NCBI GenBank assembly: GCA_963851385.1
Contig: CAWKPE010000013.1
Span: 307,616 to 371,615 of the forward strand
Direction: 5' to 3'
DNA: 64,000 nucleotides
Source: an uncultured Bacteroidota bacterium
Lineage (GTDB): Bacteria > Bacteroidota > Bacteroidia > Bacteroidales > DTGW01
Shown here: positions 52,806-62,402 of the stretch, piece after piece
Layout of the letters: each line of letters opens with the position of its first letter
Position numbering within the stretch: position 1 is the first letter of the stretch
Program-made: the position numbers and the translations under genes
Notes under the pieces: generated by a model
Seen by the model: only the letters and a program-made list of their open reading frames with translations
Database searches by the model: none
Told to the model about the DNA's origin: nothing

Positions 52806-54242
52806 ATGAAATTCAATATTATTAAAAGATGGGAGCTATTCAAGAGAAAAAATAGTTTCTCTTCGAAAAAACCGGATGAATTGAATCTGATTTTTAATTC
52901 ATTTTATAATGAAATTAAACCTGATTTTGAATCAGTTTTTAAAATTAAAGAATTGCCTGTCAGCAATGAAATCATTCAAATACTTCCGGCTGTTCGAATG
53001 ATTGTTTCTGATAATGAAATGAAAGTACTTAGAATTATCAATAATAGTCTGATTGATCATTTCAGTCAAAATAAAGAAATTTTTGAACAAATTTCGAAGC
53101 CGGTAACACCGGGAGAATTTTTTAATGGCATCACAACTGCTGTTTTTCTTGAAAATAATAAGCTGGAAAAATTAATTGATGAATTCATTCAAAAACATAA
53201 GGAATACAGAAAACGCAATAGGTACAATCCTAATATAATTTTAGTCAAAGGTGCAGGACTAATTGCAATCAGCGATAATTCAATATCATTAAACAGAATC
53301 ATTGAAGAATTTGAAAAGAAATTACAACTAACTTACTTGGCCGGATTCTCGTTGAAGTTTCTTACTCATGATACAATTGAAAAAGTCAGTAAACAAAATA
53401 ATAAGGCTGAATTAAAAGGCAAAGTACATCAAAAGGTAATTATTATTACAGGTGGTGCACAAGGATTCGGCGGAGGAATAGCTGAAGATATGTTTGAGCA
53501 AAAAGCTAACCTGGTAATAGCCGATATAAACGAAAAGATTGGTAACAAGTTTGTAAAAAATCTTAATAATCGTGGGAAAAATAATTCAGCAATATTTATT
53601 AAAACAGATGTTTCAGATGCCATGTCAGTTCGAAATATGGTTTATGAAACAGTTAAAATTTTCGGGGGAATAGATGTTTTAATCAGTAACGCAGGTGTAC
53701 TTAAAGCAGGTAGTCTTGAAGAGATGACGCCGGAAAACTTTGAAATGGTAACAAACGTAAATTATAGTGGTTACTTTCATTGTACAAAATATGTATCGGA
53801 AGTAATGAAGCTTCAAGCGAAATTCAAACCAGGCTATTATACCGATATCATTCAGATAAATTCAAAATCGGGGCTAAAAGGAAGTAATAAAAATTTCGCA
53901 TACGCGGGAAGTAAGTTTGGAGGAATCGGGCTTACTCAATCGTTTGCTCTCGAACTAATACCTTATAATATTAAGGTAAATTCTATCTGTCCTGGCAATT
54001 TCTTTGACGGTCCTTTATGGAGCGATTCCAAAAACGGTTTGTTTGTTCAATATTTAAATGCAGGAAAAGTTATAGGTGCTAAATCCATTGCTGATGTGAA
54101 AAAGTATTACGAGGAACAGATACCTGCAAAACGGGGTTGTACGATTAATGATGTAATGAAAGCTATTTATTATGTCATTGAACAGGAATATGAAACAGGG
54201 CAAGCCGTTCCGGTAACAGGTGGGCAGAATATGATAAGTTAG
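52806..54242 (+). CDS. Short-chain dehydrogenase/reductase with an uncharacterised N-terminal extension of about 200 aa
   Basis: The C-terminal 270 aa form a classical SDR (ITGGAQGFGGGIA, NAG, catalytic YAGSKFGG). The N-terminal part has no motif I recognise. A segment (IILVKGAGLIAISDNS) is reminiscent of the inter-domain region of bifunctional rhamnulose-1-P aldolase/dehydrogenases. Confidence 0.7.
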   Translation: MKFNIIKRWELFKRKNSFSSKKPDELNLIFNSFYNEIKPDFESVFKIKELPVSNEIIQILPAVRMIVSDNEMKVLRIINNSLIDHFSQNKEIFEQISKPVTPGEFFNGITTAVFLENNKLEKLIDEFIQKHKEYRKRNRYNPNIILVKGAGLIAISDNSISLNRIIEEFEKKLQLTYLAGFSLKFLTHDTIEKVSKQNNKAELKGKVHQKVIIITGGAQGFGGGIAEDMFEQKANLVIADINEKIGNKFVKNLNNRGKNNSAIFIKTDVSDAMSVRNMVYETVKIFGGIDVLISNAGVLKAGSLEEMTPENFEMVTNVNYSGYFHCTKYVSEVMKLQAKFKPGYYTDIIQINSKSGLKGSNKNFAYAGSKFGGIGLTQSFALELIPYNIKVNSICPGNFFDGPLWSDSKNGLFVQYLNAGKVIGAKSIADVKKYYEEQIPAKRGCTINDVMKAIYYVIEQEYETGQAVPVTGGQNMIS

Positions 54243-54260
54243 GAAAAGTTCCACCCTGAC

Positions 54261-54278
54261 CCTTCCCGAAGGGGAAGG
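54261..54278 (+). other. GC-rich intercistronic hairpin (7-bp stem, GAAG loop)
   Basis: CCTTCCC (54261-54267) GAAG GGGAAGG (54272-54278), between the SDR stop and the dehydrogenase start. The preceding CACCCTGA resembles the MITE core motif. No T tract follows. Confidence 0.4.
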
Positions 54279-54380
54279 AATATGAAAGACAATATATAAT
54301 TATGCTTTTTAATAAATATTTCAAAACAATAGAACATTTTAATTCCCTTTACTTTGGAGAGGGATAGAGAGGCTACCAAC

Positions 54381-55643
54381 ATGAAAACTAAAGCAGTTCG
54401 TTTATATGGTAAAGATGATCTCAGACTGGAAGAATTTGATTTGCCAGACATAAAGGATGATGAAATTCTTGCAAGGGTAATATCAGACAGTATTTGCATG
54501 TCATCGTATAAGGCAACGAAACAGGGAGCAAAACATAAGCGGGTACCGGATAACGTGCATGAAAATCCCATAATTATTGGTCATGAATTTTCAGGACTTA
54601 TAGTAGAAGTTGGAAAAAAATGGAAGGATAGTTTCAAACCCGATAATAAATTTTCAATTCAACCGGCTTTAAATTATAAAGGTAGTCTTGATGCTCCGGG
54701 CTATTCATATAAATATATTGGAGGAGATGCAACTTTCATTATAATACCAAATGAAGTAATGGAAATGGATTGTCTTTTGGAATATTCCGGAGATTCTTTC
54801 TTCTTGGCATCACTGAGTGAACCCATGTCGTGTATCGTAGGAGCATTTCATGCAAGTTACCATACTGTAAATGGAATTTACAATCACAACATGGGAATTA
54901 AGGTAGGTGGGGCAATGGTAATATTAGCCGGCGTGGGACCTATGGGGCTTGGTGCTATTGATTATGCCATTCACTGTAATCGGCGCCCTGGTCTGCTAGT
55001 TATTACTGACATTGATGAAGAACGATTGAAAAGAGCAGCATCTATATATCCTGTTGAAACAGCAACAAAAAATGGAATTAAAATGATTTATACGAATACA
55101 ACAAAACAAAAAAATGCAATTGATTATATAAAATCATTTAATAATGGCAATGGTTTTGATGATGTTTTTGTGTTTGCTCCTGTAAAAGAGGTTGTAGAGC
55201 AAGCAGATCAGCTTCTTGGTTTTGATGGCTGTCTTAACTTTTTTGCCGGACCTTCTGACCCGAATTTTAAAGCCGAACTAAACTTTTATAATGTTCACTA
55301 TGCTTTTACTCATATTGTCGGGACTAGCGGAGGAAATACAGAAGATATGCGCGAAGCACTTGACATGATGTCAAAAGGTAAAATAAATCCTGCCGTTATG
55401 ATTACACATATAGGCGGCCTTGATGCAGTTGCCGAAACTACGAAACATCTGCCTCAGATTCCAGGTGGCAAAAAATTAATTTATACTAACATATCTCTTC
55501 CTCTTATTGCAATTGCTGAATTTGAAGAGAAAGGAAAAAATATGCCTTTATTCAGAAAACTTAATGAAATAACTTCAAGACACAACGGCATTTGGTCAGG
55601 TGAAGCTGAAAAATATCTGTTGGAAAATGCTAAAGCTATTTAA
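54381..55643 (+). CDS. Zinc-binding medium-chain dehydrogenase, sorbose-1-phosphate reductase (SorE)-like
   Basis: MKTKAVRLYGKDDLRLEEF..., zinc-ligand context SDSICMSSYK and GHEFSG, and Rossmann GVGPMGLGA. ATG at 54381 is preferred over the track start at 54354. Confidence 0.75.
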   Translation: MKTKAVRLYGKDDLRLEEFDLPDIKDDEILARVISDSICMSSYKATKQGAKHKRVPDNVHENPIIIGHEFSGLIVEVGKKWKDSFKPDNKFSIQPALNYKGSLDAPGYSYKYIGGDATFIIIPNEVMEMDCLLEYSGDSFFLASLSEPMSCIVGAFHASYHTVNGIYNHNMGIKVGGAMVILAGVGPMGLGAIDYAIHCNRRPGLLVITDIDEERLKRAASIYPVETATKNGIKMIYTNTTKQKNAIDYIKSFNNGNGFDDVFVFAPVKEVVEQADQLLGFDGCLNFFAGPSDPNFKAELNFYNVHYAFTHIVGTSGGNTEDMREALDMMSKGKINPAVMITHIGGLDAVAETTKHLPQIPGGKKLIYTNISLPLIAIAEFEEKGKNMPLFRKLNEITSRHNGIWSGEAEKYLLENAKAI

Positions 55644-55996
55644 TCTATATAAAAATAATAGATTTATTCAATTTTATAGAAATAACGAATAAGTAATTAA
55701 CTATGAAACACTCACGATTCTATCAATCGCAAAAACTGATGAAGATATTCTGGGTGTTCTCCCGTAATTGTGAGACAAGCTATTCGACCCTAATTTAAAA
55801 TTATATTCTCGTGAATTTATCAACAAAAGCTAGGTCAAACTTTAACATAAAATAGTAGTTTGATATTGTTGGAATATAGTGGGCACTAATTATCCCTTGC
55901 GTAGTTCATTCAGTAACTTTGTTTGGTTGTTTACTTGAATTTGTTGTTCGATGACAATTGAATTTACTTATGGTTCATTTGTGTTAGCAACCCTGT

Positions 55997-56023
55997 TAAA
56001 TTTGACTAATTTGGTTAAATTTG
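55997..56023 (+). promoter_or_regulatory. Tandem GTTAAATTTG boxes: Bacteroidota -7 promoter element (TAnnTTTG) and/or antitoxin operator
   Basis: TAAATTTG occurs at 55997-56004 and 56016-56023, 19 bp apart. The second copy ends 17 nt before the antitoxin ATG at 56041. Confidence 0.4.
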
Positions 56024-56040
56024 CAGAATAAATAAAAATT

Positions 56041-56238
56041 ATGCAAACTGCAATTTTAAATAGTAATTCAAAAACTGATTTGAAATTATTGTTAGACTTG
56101 GCTAAAAAGATGGGAATAAAAGCTAAAGTATTGACTAATTCTGAGATTGAAGATATTGGATTGATAAATGCAATAAAATTAGGCAGAACAAAAGAATATG
56201 TCGACAATTCATCTTTTATAAAAAAGCTTCGTAGATGA
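56041..56238 (+). CDS. Putative antitoxin of the RelE/ParE pair
   Basis: 65-aa ORF whose stop overlaps the toxin start by 4 nt (ATGA). Position and size fit a type II antitoxin. No family motif recognised. Confidence 0.6.
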   Translation: MQTAILNSNSKTDLKLLLDLAKKMGIKAKVLTNSEIEDIGLINAIKLGRTKEYVDNSSFIKKLRR

Positions 56239-56504
56239 ATGTTAAAATTGATAAAACTTTTGAAAAAGATACCATTAAAATTAAAGATAAGAACCTGCGA
56301 TTAAAAATTGCCGATTGCATTGAAAATGTTCAAATTTCAAAAAATATTCAATCAGTTATCAATATTAAAAAACTTAAAGGTTCAAATAAATTTTATCGAA
56401 TCCGTGTTGGAGACTATCGAATAGGTCTTTTAATCAATAAGAATATTGTGGAATTTATAAGATGCCTTCATCGAAAAGATATCTATAAATACTTTCCAAA
56501 ATAA
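56235..56504 (+). CDS. Type II toxin, RelE/ParE family
   Basis: 89 aa. KLKGSNKFYRIRVGDYRIGLLINKNIVEFIRCLHRKDIYKYFP matches the RelE/ParE C-terminal signature. Confidence 0.8.
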   Translation: MNVKIDKTFEKDTIKIKDKNLRLKIADCIENVQISKNIQSVINIKKLKGSNKFYRIRVGDYRIGLLINKNIVEFIRCLHRKDIYKYFPK

Positions 56505-56768
56505 ACAGTAAGTAATTAAAAAAGATTTTAGAGAATATTTCTTATTAATCAATCACTATAAAGGTTTTAAGAATATACAGAAATACTCTCGCTATTAATT
56601 GCTACTTATTCATGAATGCTTCATCTGTGATCAAACAACCTTTTTGGTCACTAACCTGAAACCATATCGATTATCCAGTTAGCCTGCTTTTATAATTTTT
56701 AAAGTGAGTTCGATGTAACAAATAAAATATAATTTATTAATGAATAGATATATAACAATAATCTAATT

Positions 56769-56845
56769 TGTGTTTTCTTTGAGTCTTCGTGACTTTGTGG
56801 CATTTCTTCTGAAAAATTTTGCCACCAAAAGACTAAGACACAAAA
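56769..56845. repeat. Imperfect hairpin repeat of the TTTGTGTCTT...TGGCA type
   Basis: TGTGTTTTCTTTGAGTCTTCGTGACTTTGTGGCA (56769-56802) faces TGCCACCAAAAGACTAAGACACAAA (56820-56845). A related half-motif CTTTGTGTCTTTGTGTCTCTGTG occurs at about 33706-33728. Confidence 0.5.
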
Positions 56846-57137
56846 TATCACTAAAAAGAAAAATAATAGAAATATTTTAAATCTGTCATAGTAGAATTAA
56901 TATAATATTTATTTGCGAGACAATTTTGAATAGTTAACAGATGTAATATTTCTTAAATCAGATTTCCTAAACTTATAAAAAAGACATTATTTTGCAAGCA
57001 TCAATTTTATTAATCCACAATAATTTCAGAAATGTTGTGTTTAAAAATTGTATTAAAAGAATTATTTGGATTCAATAAAATAACAAGTATCTGCATTAAG
57101 AAAACAAAACTATATAAATGATTTAACCGTATTTCGA

Positions 57138-58799
57138 ATGAAAAAGATATTATTCTTACATGTTTTTGCATTTCTCATTTGCTTTTCACATACTTCAATA
57201 TTTGGTCAAAATACAGTACAAATAACTCCGGATAAGCCAAAACTTGTAGTTGGAATTATAATTGACCAAATGCGTTATGATTATATTTTCAGATTTTGGA
57301 GTAAATATGAAAACAACGGATTTAAGAGATTAATAAATGAAGGAAGTTTTTGCAAAAATGCAAATTTCAATTATTTGTTTACTCAATCAAGTCCTGGATT
57401 TGCAACAATAGCCACAGGTGCTAATCCTTCCTCACATGGAATCATTTCGGAACGGTGGTATGTTCAGTCGTCCGATAAAATAGTACATTGCACAAGTGAT
57501 GATGATGTGCAATGTATTGGAGGAAGTGTAGATGGCGTTGGCGACAAGCACTCTCCTTCAAAATTGCTTGCTTCTACTCTTGGTGACGAATTGAAATTAG
57601 CAACGTTTAAAATGTCAAAGGTAATTTCGATATCTATAGATCCAAGTGCCGCCATATTATCAGCAGGTCATATAGCTAATGCTGCTTATTGGTTCGATCC
57701 AATATCCGGAAATTTTGTAACAAGTTCAGTTTATTTAAAAGAACTTCCTCAATGGGTTAAAGATTTCAATTCCAAAAAATTTGCAGATACTTATCTAATG
57801 GAAAAGTGGGAAAAAATATTGGCGGATAGTCTTTACTATGAAAGCCTGCCGGATAATAACAGGTATGAAGAAGGAATAAAAGGAAATAAAGTGTTTCCTT
57901 TTGATTTGAATTTCATGAGCCTTAAATCTGATGGTAAACGTGACTACAACTTATTAAAATTTACTCCTTTTGGAAACAATGTAACAAAAGATTTTGCAAT
58001 ATCAGCAATCGTGAATGAAAATCTGGGGAAAGGAAACTTCACCGATTATATCTGCATTGATTTCACTTCTACTGAATATATAAGCCAAGCCTTCGGTTTG
58101 ACATCTATTGAACTTGAAGATGCTTATCTGAGACTTGATAAAGAAATTCAGCATTTCCTAGATTTTTTAGATAGTTATATTGGAAAAGGCAATGTACTTG
58201 TGTATCTCACTTCAAACCATGGAGCAGTGCATAATCCTAAATTTATGACTGATCTTGGTGTCCCTTCGGGATACTTCAACCAGGGGCAAGCTCAATATCT
58301 GCTAAAAAGCTACCTGAATATCCTTTATGGAAAAGGTGATTGGATTAAATACTATGGTGATCAACAATTGTATCTGAATCATAATCTTATCCAGGATTCA
58401 AAACTCTCTCTCTGGCAATTTCAGGATGAGGTGGCTCAATTCTTAATTCAGTTTTCAGGTGTTACTAATGTTGCAACTTCTTCTATGCTTCAAAAAACAA
58501 GTTATTCGAATGGTATTTTCCAAAAGATGCAAAACAGTTTTCACCAGAAAGTTTCTGGTGATATAATTATTAATCTTGAACCTGGGTGGACAGAATATAA
58601 CGATGCTTCAACAGCTCATAATTCAGCTTATTCCTATGATACACATGTGCCCCTGATTTTTTACGGCTGGAAAATTACTAATCAGACTATTTACGATCCG
58701 GTTGATATGACAGATATTGCACCAACAATTTCAATGATTCTTGATATTGCATATCCTAATGCTTGCCAGGGAAAACCGATTATTCAATTATTAAAATAA
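57138..58799 (+). CDS. Alkaline phosphatase family protein, PafA/nucleotide pyrophosphatase-phosphodiesterase type
   Basis: 553 aa with a signal peptide. VVGIIIDQMRYDY and SNHG are metal-site contexts typical of PafA-like phosphatases. Confidence 0.8.
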   Translation: MKKILFLHVFAFLICFSHTSIFGQNTVQITPDKPKLVVGIIIDQMRYDYIFRFWSKYENNGFKRLINEGSFCKNANFNYLFTQSSPGFATIATGANPSSHGIISERWYVQSSDKIVHCTSDDDVQCIGGSVDGVGDKHSPSKLLASTLGDELKLATFKMSKVISISIDPSAAILSAGHIANAAYWFDPISGNFVTSSVYLKELPQWVKDFNSKKFADTYLMEKWEKILADSLYYESLPDNNRYEEGIKGNKVFPFDLNFMSLKSDGKRDYNLLKFTPFGNNVTKDFAISAIVNENLGKGNFTDYICIDFTSTEYISQAFGLTSIELEDAYLRLDKEIQHFLDFLDSYIGKGNVLVYLTSNHGAVHNPKFMTDLGVPSGYFNQGQAQYLLKSYLNILYGKGDWIKYYGDQQLYLNHNLIQDSKLSLWQFQDEVAQFLIQFSGVTNVATSSMLQKTSYSNGIFQKMQNSFHQKVSGDIIINLEPGWTEYNDASTAHNSAYSYDTHVPLIFYGWKITNQTIYDPVDMTDIAPTISMILDIAYPNACQGKPIIQLLK

Positions 58800-58938
58800 A
58801 AAAAAGGTTGTTTCAAAAGTTATTTTTCATTGTCATTCCCGCGTTCCGAACCATCGGAAGCGGGAATCTATATATAATTGAGTGTATGAAAATTTCCATT
58901 TTCATGGGAATGACAGTTTTGAGCCATCCTCTTTTTTT
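58800..58938. repeat. About 140-bp nested-palindrome intergenic element (TGTCATTCCCGCG type)
   Basis: Inner hairpin CCCGCGTTCCGA / TCGGAAGCGGG. Outer pairing TTGTCATTCCC (about 58830-58840) / GGGAATGACAG (58907-58917). A-rich and T-rich ends (AAAAAAAGG ... CCTCTTTTTTT). May also act as a terminator for the phosphatase gene. Confidence 0.5.
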
Positions 58939-59456
58939 GTATGCTAAAAATTAAGTATTTGTTTTAGTAATCTTCAACTTCAAAAAAATATTCTTCATCG
59001 TCAACTGTAGTAGAAACGGGTATTTTAGCAAAATCTTTTTTGGAAGAGTATAAACGCCTGGTTACAATATTTAACCGATTATTCGCATTTTTATCTTCCC
59101 GCGGACTTTTATTTATTCCTTTTCTCATTGCAATAGTTGGGTTACATATGTTTAGTTTCTGAAAATAAATATAATAAAAAATATAGCAAAATCCCAGCTA
59201 ATAAAGTATAATTAGTCAAATAACTGTTTTTATTTTTCAAATCAATAATACCAGCAATATCATGCCTTTTATACATTTTAATAACACTTATTTAATTATT
59301 ATAAAAATGATCTGGAATAAATGCAAAAACATAAACTTTAATATTCTTGTAAATTACAGTACAGAATTATATTTTAGAAATCAAACAATATCTACAATTT
59401 AATGTTCGCAAATATTGTGTTAAAAATTAGAGATAATGTCATTAAAAACCGACTTA

Positions 59457-59882
59457 CTAAAAATGTTCCAGTTTCCCTTTTTGCCTAAGCATCTCAGAAT
59501 CGATTGACAATAAGGAGATAATTTCTGAAGACTTTTTTAAGGTTAGCAGAGTAGAATCCCTGAAATGTATGTCGAACTCTCCGCGTATGAAAAATAAATA
59601 ATCAATATTTCTAAGTTCATCAAAATAAAAAAATGATTTTACTCGATTTTCTAAGAGAGAGAATTTAAGATGTAAATTTTCATCTTCAAATTGAAACAAT
59701 GAAAATTCAAGTATATTATTTGTCTTTGTATAGTTTAAATTCAGGTTCAATGATTGAGACAAACGAATATTCAATAAATGATTTAATACCCATGACAATT
59801 TCAGAATATTATTAGTGGAAATTATCCCGAGAATTAACAGTGGGATGTCAGTAGTACTATTTAATTTGATGCTTTTTGCCAA
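59457..59882 (-). CDS. IPExxxVDY family protein
   Basis: The pattern LILGIISTNNILKLSWVLNHLLNIRL ... FYFDELRNIDYLFFIRG matches this Bacteroidota family, which is typically found next to rnc. Non-ATG start; exact start uncertain. Confidence 0.7.
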   Translation of the reverse strand: MAKSIKLNSTTDIPLLILGIISTNNILKLSWVLNHLLNIRLSQSLNLNLNYTKTNNILEFSLFQFEDENLHLKFSLLENRVKSFFYFDELRNIDYLFFIRGEFDIHFRDSTLLTLKKSSEIISLLSIDSEMLRQKGKLEHF

Positions 59883-59962
59883 AAAAAACTTTTATTTTTG
59901 ATTTCAGGTAAAGATAAGACATCATTACTATTGATGAGAATTGAATAACTGAATATTTTCAA

Positions 59963-60691
59963 CTAAACTAAAGAAATTGCACTAAAAGCTTGTTCAGCAG
60001 CATTCTGTTCAGCTTCTTTTTTCGAAGAACCTTTTCCTTCACCCTTAAGTTGATCAGTTACTAAAATTCGGGAAATAAAAATAGGAGCATGATCTTTACC
60101 AGTGTATTCTTCTTCAACTTCAAACTTAATCTCTGTTCTGGTTTTCTGAGCCCATTCTATTATGCGGCTTTTATAATCAGTTTCAGTATGTTCCAATTCA
60201 TCAAGATCAATTTGCTTTTTAAGAATTTTTTCAATAATAAATTTACGGGTAATTTTATAGCCTCTATCAAGATATATTGCTCCTATCAGAGCTTCAAATG
60301 CATTTCCACAAATATGTTTGCCACCATTGTTGTTAAGAGAGTTTGATATTATAAATTTTTCAATTCCCAGGTTAATTGCTAAACTATTAAGGTGTTTACG
60401 TTTTACTATTTTTGATCGCATTGTTGAGAGAAATCCTTCATTCTTATTAGGATAATTGGCAAACAAAAATTCAGCAACAACTGCATCGAGTATCGCATCA
60501 CCAAGAAACTCCAATCTTTCATTATTTACAGTTGATCCATTTCCTAATGAAATAGAAGCTGACCTGTGAATAAATGCAAGATCATATAACTCTTTTTCCC
60601 TGGGGAAAAATCCCAGAATTGATATTAAATCTTGATTGAACTTCTTTTTTGAAACAACAAGAAGCTTTATGGCAATGTACAAGTTTGCCAC
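59963..60691 (-). CDS. rnc: Ribonuclease III
   Basis: RNase III signature ERLEFLGDAILD, GNAFEALIGAIYLD, and a C-terminal dsRBD (SKKEAEQNAAEQA). Apparent GTG start. Confidence 0.9.
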   Translation of the reverse strand: MANLYIAIKLLVVSKKKFNQDLISILGFFPREKELYDLAFIHRSASISLGNGSTVNNERLEFLGDAILDAVVAEFLFANYPNKNEGFLSTMRSKIVKRKHLNSLAINLGIEKFIISNSLNNNGGKHICGNAFEALIGAIYLDRGYKITRKFIIEKILKKQIDLDELEHTETDYKSRIIEWAQKTRTEIKFEVEEEYTGKDHAPIFISRILVTDQLKGEGKGSSKKEAEQNAAEQAFSAISLV

Positions 60692-60694
60692 GTA

Positions 60695-61942
60695 TTAAAT
60701 TTTTCTGAAAATTATAGATGAATTATGACCGCCAAAACCAAAAGTATTACTTAATGCAACTTTAATATCCTTCTTTTGAGCAGTATGTAAAGTAAGATTA
60801 AACTTGCTATCAATTTCAGGATCAAGTGTTGTTAGATTAATTGTAGGAGGTATAGTGCTATCTTTAATAGCAAGTATTGAAGCAATAGATTCAACTGCGC
60901 CGGCAGCTCCTAATAAATGTCCTGTCATTGACTTTGTAGCGCTAATGTTCAATTTGTAAGAATGCTCACCAAAAACAGCTTTTATAGCTTTTAGTTCAGC
61001 AACATCTCCTAAAGGTGTAGCTGTTCCATGGACATTGATATAATCCACATCTTCAGGTTTTAGACTAGCATCTTCCAGTACATTTTTCATAACTAATATT
61101 GCTCCAGCTCCTTCAGGATGCGGGGCCGTAAGATGATAAGCATCAGCAGACATACCACCACCAATTACTTCAGCATATATCTTAGCACCTCTTTTTAAAG
61201 CATGTTCGTATTCTTCAAAAATTAAAACACCTGAACCCTCACCCATAACAAAACCATCACGTGCAGCATCAAAAGGTTTAGAAGCAGTTTTGTAGTTTTC
61301 ATTATTGGTTGAAAGCGCCTGCATGGAATTAAAACCTCCCATACCTGCTTCATTGATAGCTGCTTCAGAACCACCGGCAATAAAAATATTTGCTTTGTTC
61401 AACCTGATATAAGTCAATGCATCAATAAGAGCATTTGTACTTGATGCGCAAGCTGATACAGTTGCAAAATTTGGTCCTCTGAAACCATATTTCATTGAAA
61501 TATGGCCTGCAGCAATATCACAGATCATTTTAGGGACAAAGAAAGGACTCAATCGAGGTGTACCGTCACCTAAAGCAAATGCTTTAATTTCCTGGAGAAA
61601 GGTGTCTAAACCTCCAATACCTGAAGCAAGAATGACACCAGCTTTGTCCAGATTAATTTTGGAAAGATCGAGGCCACTGTCTTTCATGGCCTCATCAGCA
61701 GCAATTAACGCAAATTGTGCATATAAATCAAGTTTTTTAACTTCTTTCCTGTCGAAATACTTGCTAGGATCGTAATTTTTTACTTCACAGGCAAAACGAG
61801 TTTTGAATTTTGTAGTATCAAAATGTGTAATAGGTGCAGCACCACTTACTCCATTTACAAGATTTTGCCAAAATTCTGCAACAGTATTACCTATGGGAGT
61901 GATAGCTCCAAGTCCAGTAACTACAACCCTTTTAAATTCCAT
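60695..61942 (-). CDS. fabF: Beta-ketoacyl-ACP synthase II
   Basis: 415 aa with the active-site Cys context (ATVSACASS) and His motifs (VHGTATPLGD, GHLLGAAG). Confidence 0.93.
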   Translation of the reverse strand: MEFKRVVVTGLGAITPIGNTVAEFWQNLVNGVSGAAPITHFDTTKFKTRFACEVKNYDPSKYFDRKEVKKLDLYAQFALIAADEAMKDSGLDLSKINLDKAGVILASGIGGLDTFLQEIKAFALGDGTPRLSPFFVPKMICDIAAGHISMKYGFRGPNFATVSACASSTNALIDALTYIRLNKANIFIAGGSEAAINEAGMGGFNSMQALSTNNENYKTASKPFDAARDGFVMGEGSGVLIFEEYEHALKRGAKIYAEVIGGGMSADAYHLTAPHPEGAGAILVMKNVLEDASLKPEDVDYINVHGTATPLGDVAELKAIKAVFGEHSYKLNISATKSMTGHLLGAAGAVESIASILAIKDSTIPPTINLTTLDPEIDSKFNLTLHTAQKKDIKVALSNTFGFGGHNSSIIFRKI

Positions 61943-61962
61943 TCGTTGTAAATGATTTTAAA

Positions 61963-62199
61963 TTACTTTGCGTTTGCTTCAATAAATTTAATAGCTTCAC
62001 CAACAGTGCTGATATTTTCAGCTTGGTCATCAGGAATGGCAATATTGAACTCTTTTTCGAACTCCATGATAAGTTCAACAGTGTCAAGAGAGTCAGCACC
62101 TAAGTCATTGGTAAAACTTGCTTCAGGTGTAACTTCATTTTCATCTACACCCAATTTATCTACGATAATAGCTTTTACTCTTGATGCAATATCAGACAT
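61963..62199 (-). CDS. acpP: Acyl carrier protein
   Basis: 78 aa with the phosphopantetheine attachment motif [13 protein letters not shown]. Confidence 0.93.
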   Translation of the reverse strand: MSDIASRVKAIIVDKLGVDENEVTPEASFTNDLGADSLDTVELIMEFEKEFNIAIPDDQAENISTVGEAIKFIEANAK

Positions 62200-62402
62200 A
62201 ACTTTAAGTTTTAATTAATAATTAATGAATTTGACTAAAATTTAATCGTGCAAAGAAAGCTATTTCTAAAAAATAATTCAAGCAATTATTTAAAAATTGT
62301 AATAATAAATAACTTTTTTTTACCTTGTTAGGAAATGATATCAATAATTTTTTTACGTTTGCAGGTTTTTTATTTTTGTAATTTATTGTTAATATTCTTA
62401 TT

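Noticed and set aside
55703-55800. Possible decayed ParE-like toxin fragment upstream of the intact TA pair
   Set aside because: Only about 20 residues are weakly suggestive, and they are spread over two frames. This is too short to distinguish from chance. It is mentioned within the TA finding only as a lead.
58964-59277. Two tandem small minus-strand ORFs: 44 aa with a TM helix (about 59143-59277) and 54 aa (58964-59128)
   Set aside because: They have no recognisable family, lie in AT-rich low-complexity DNA and fall below a reliable size. They could be one frameshifted small gene, but I cannot support a call.
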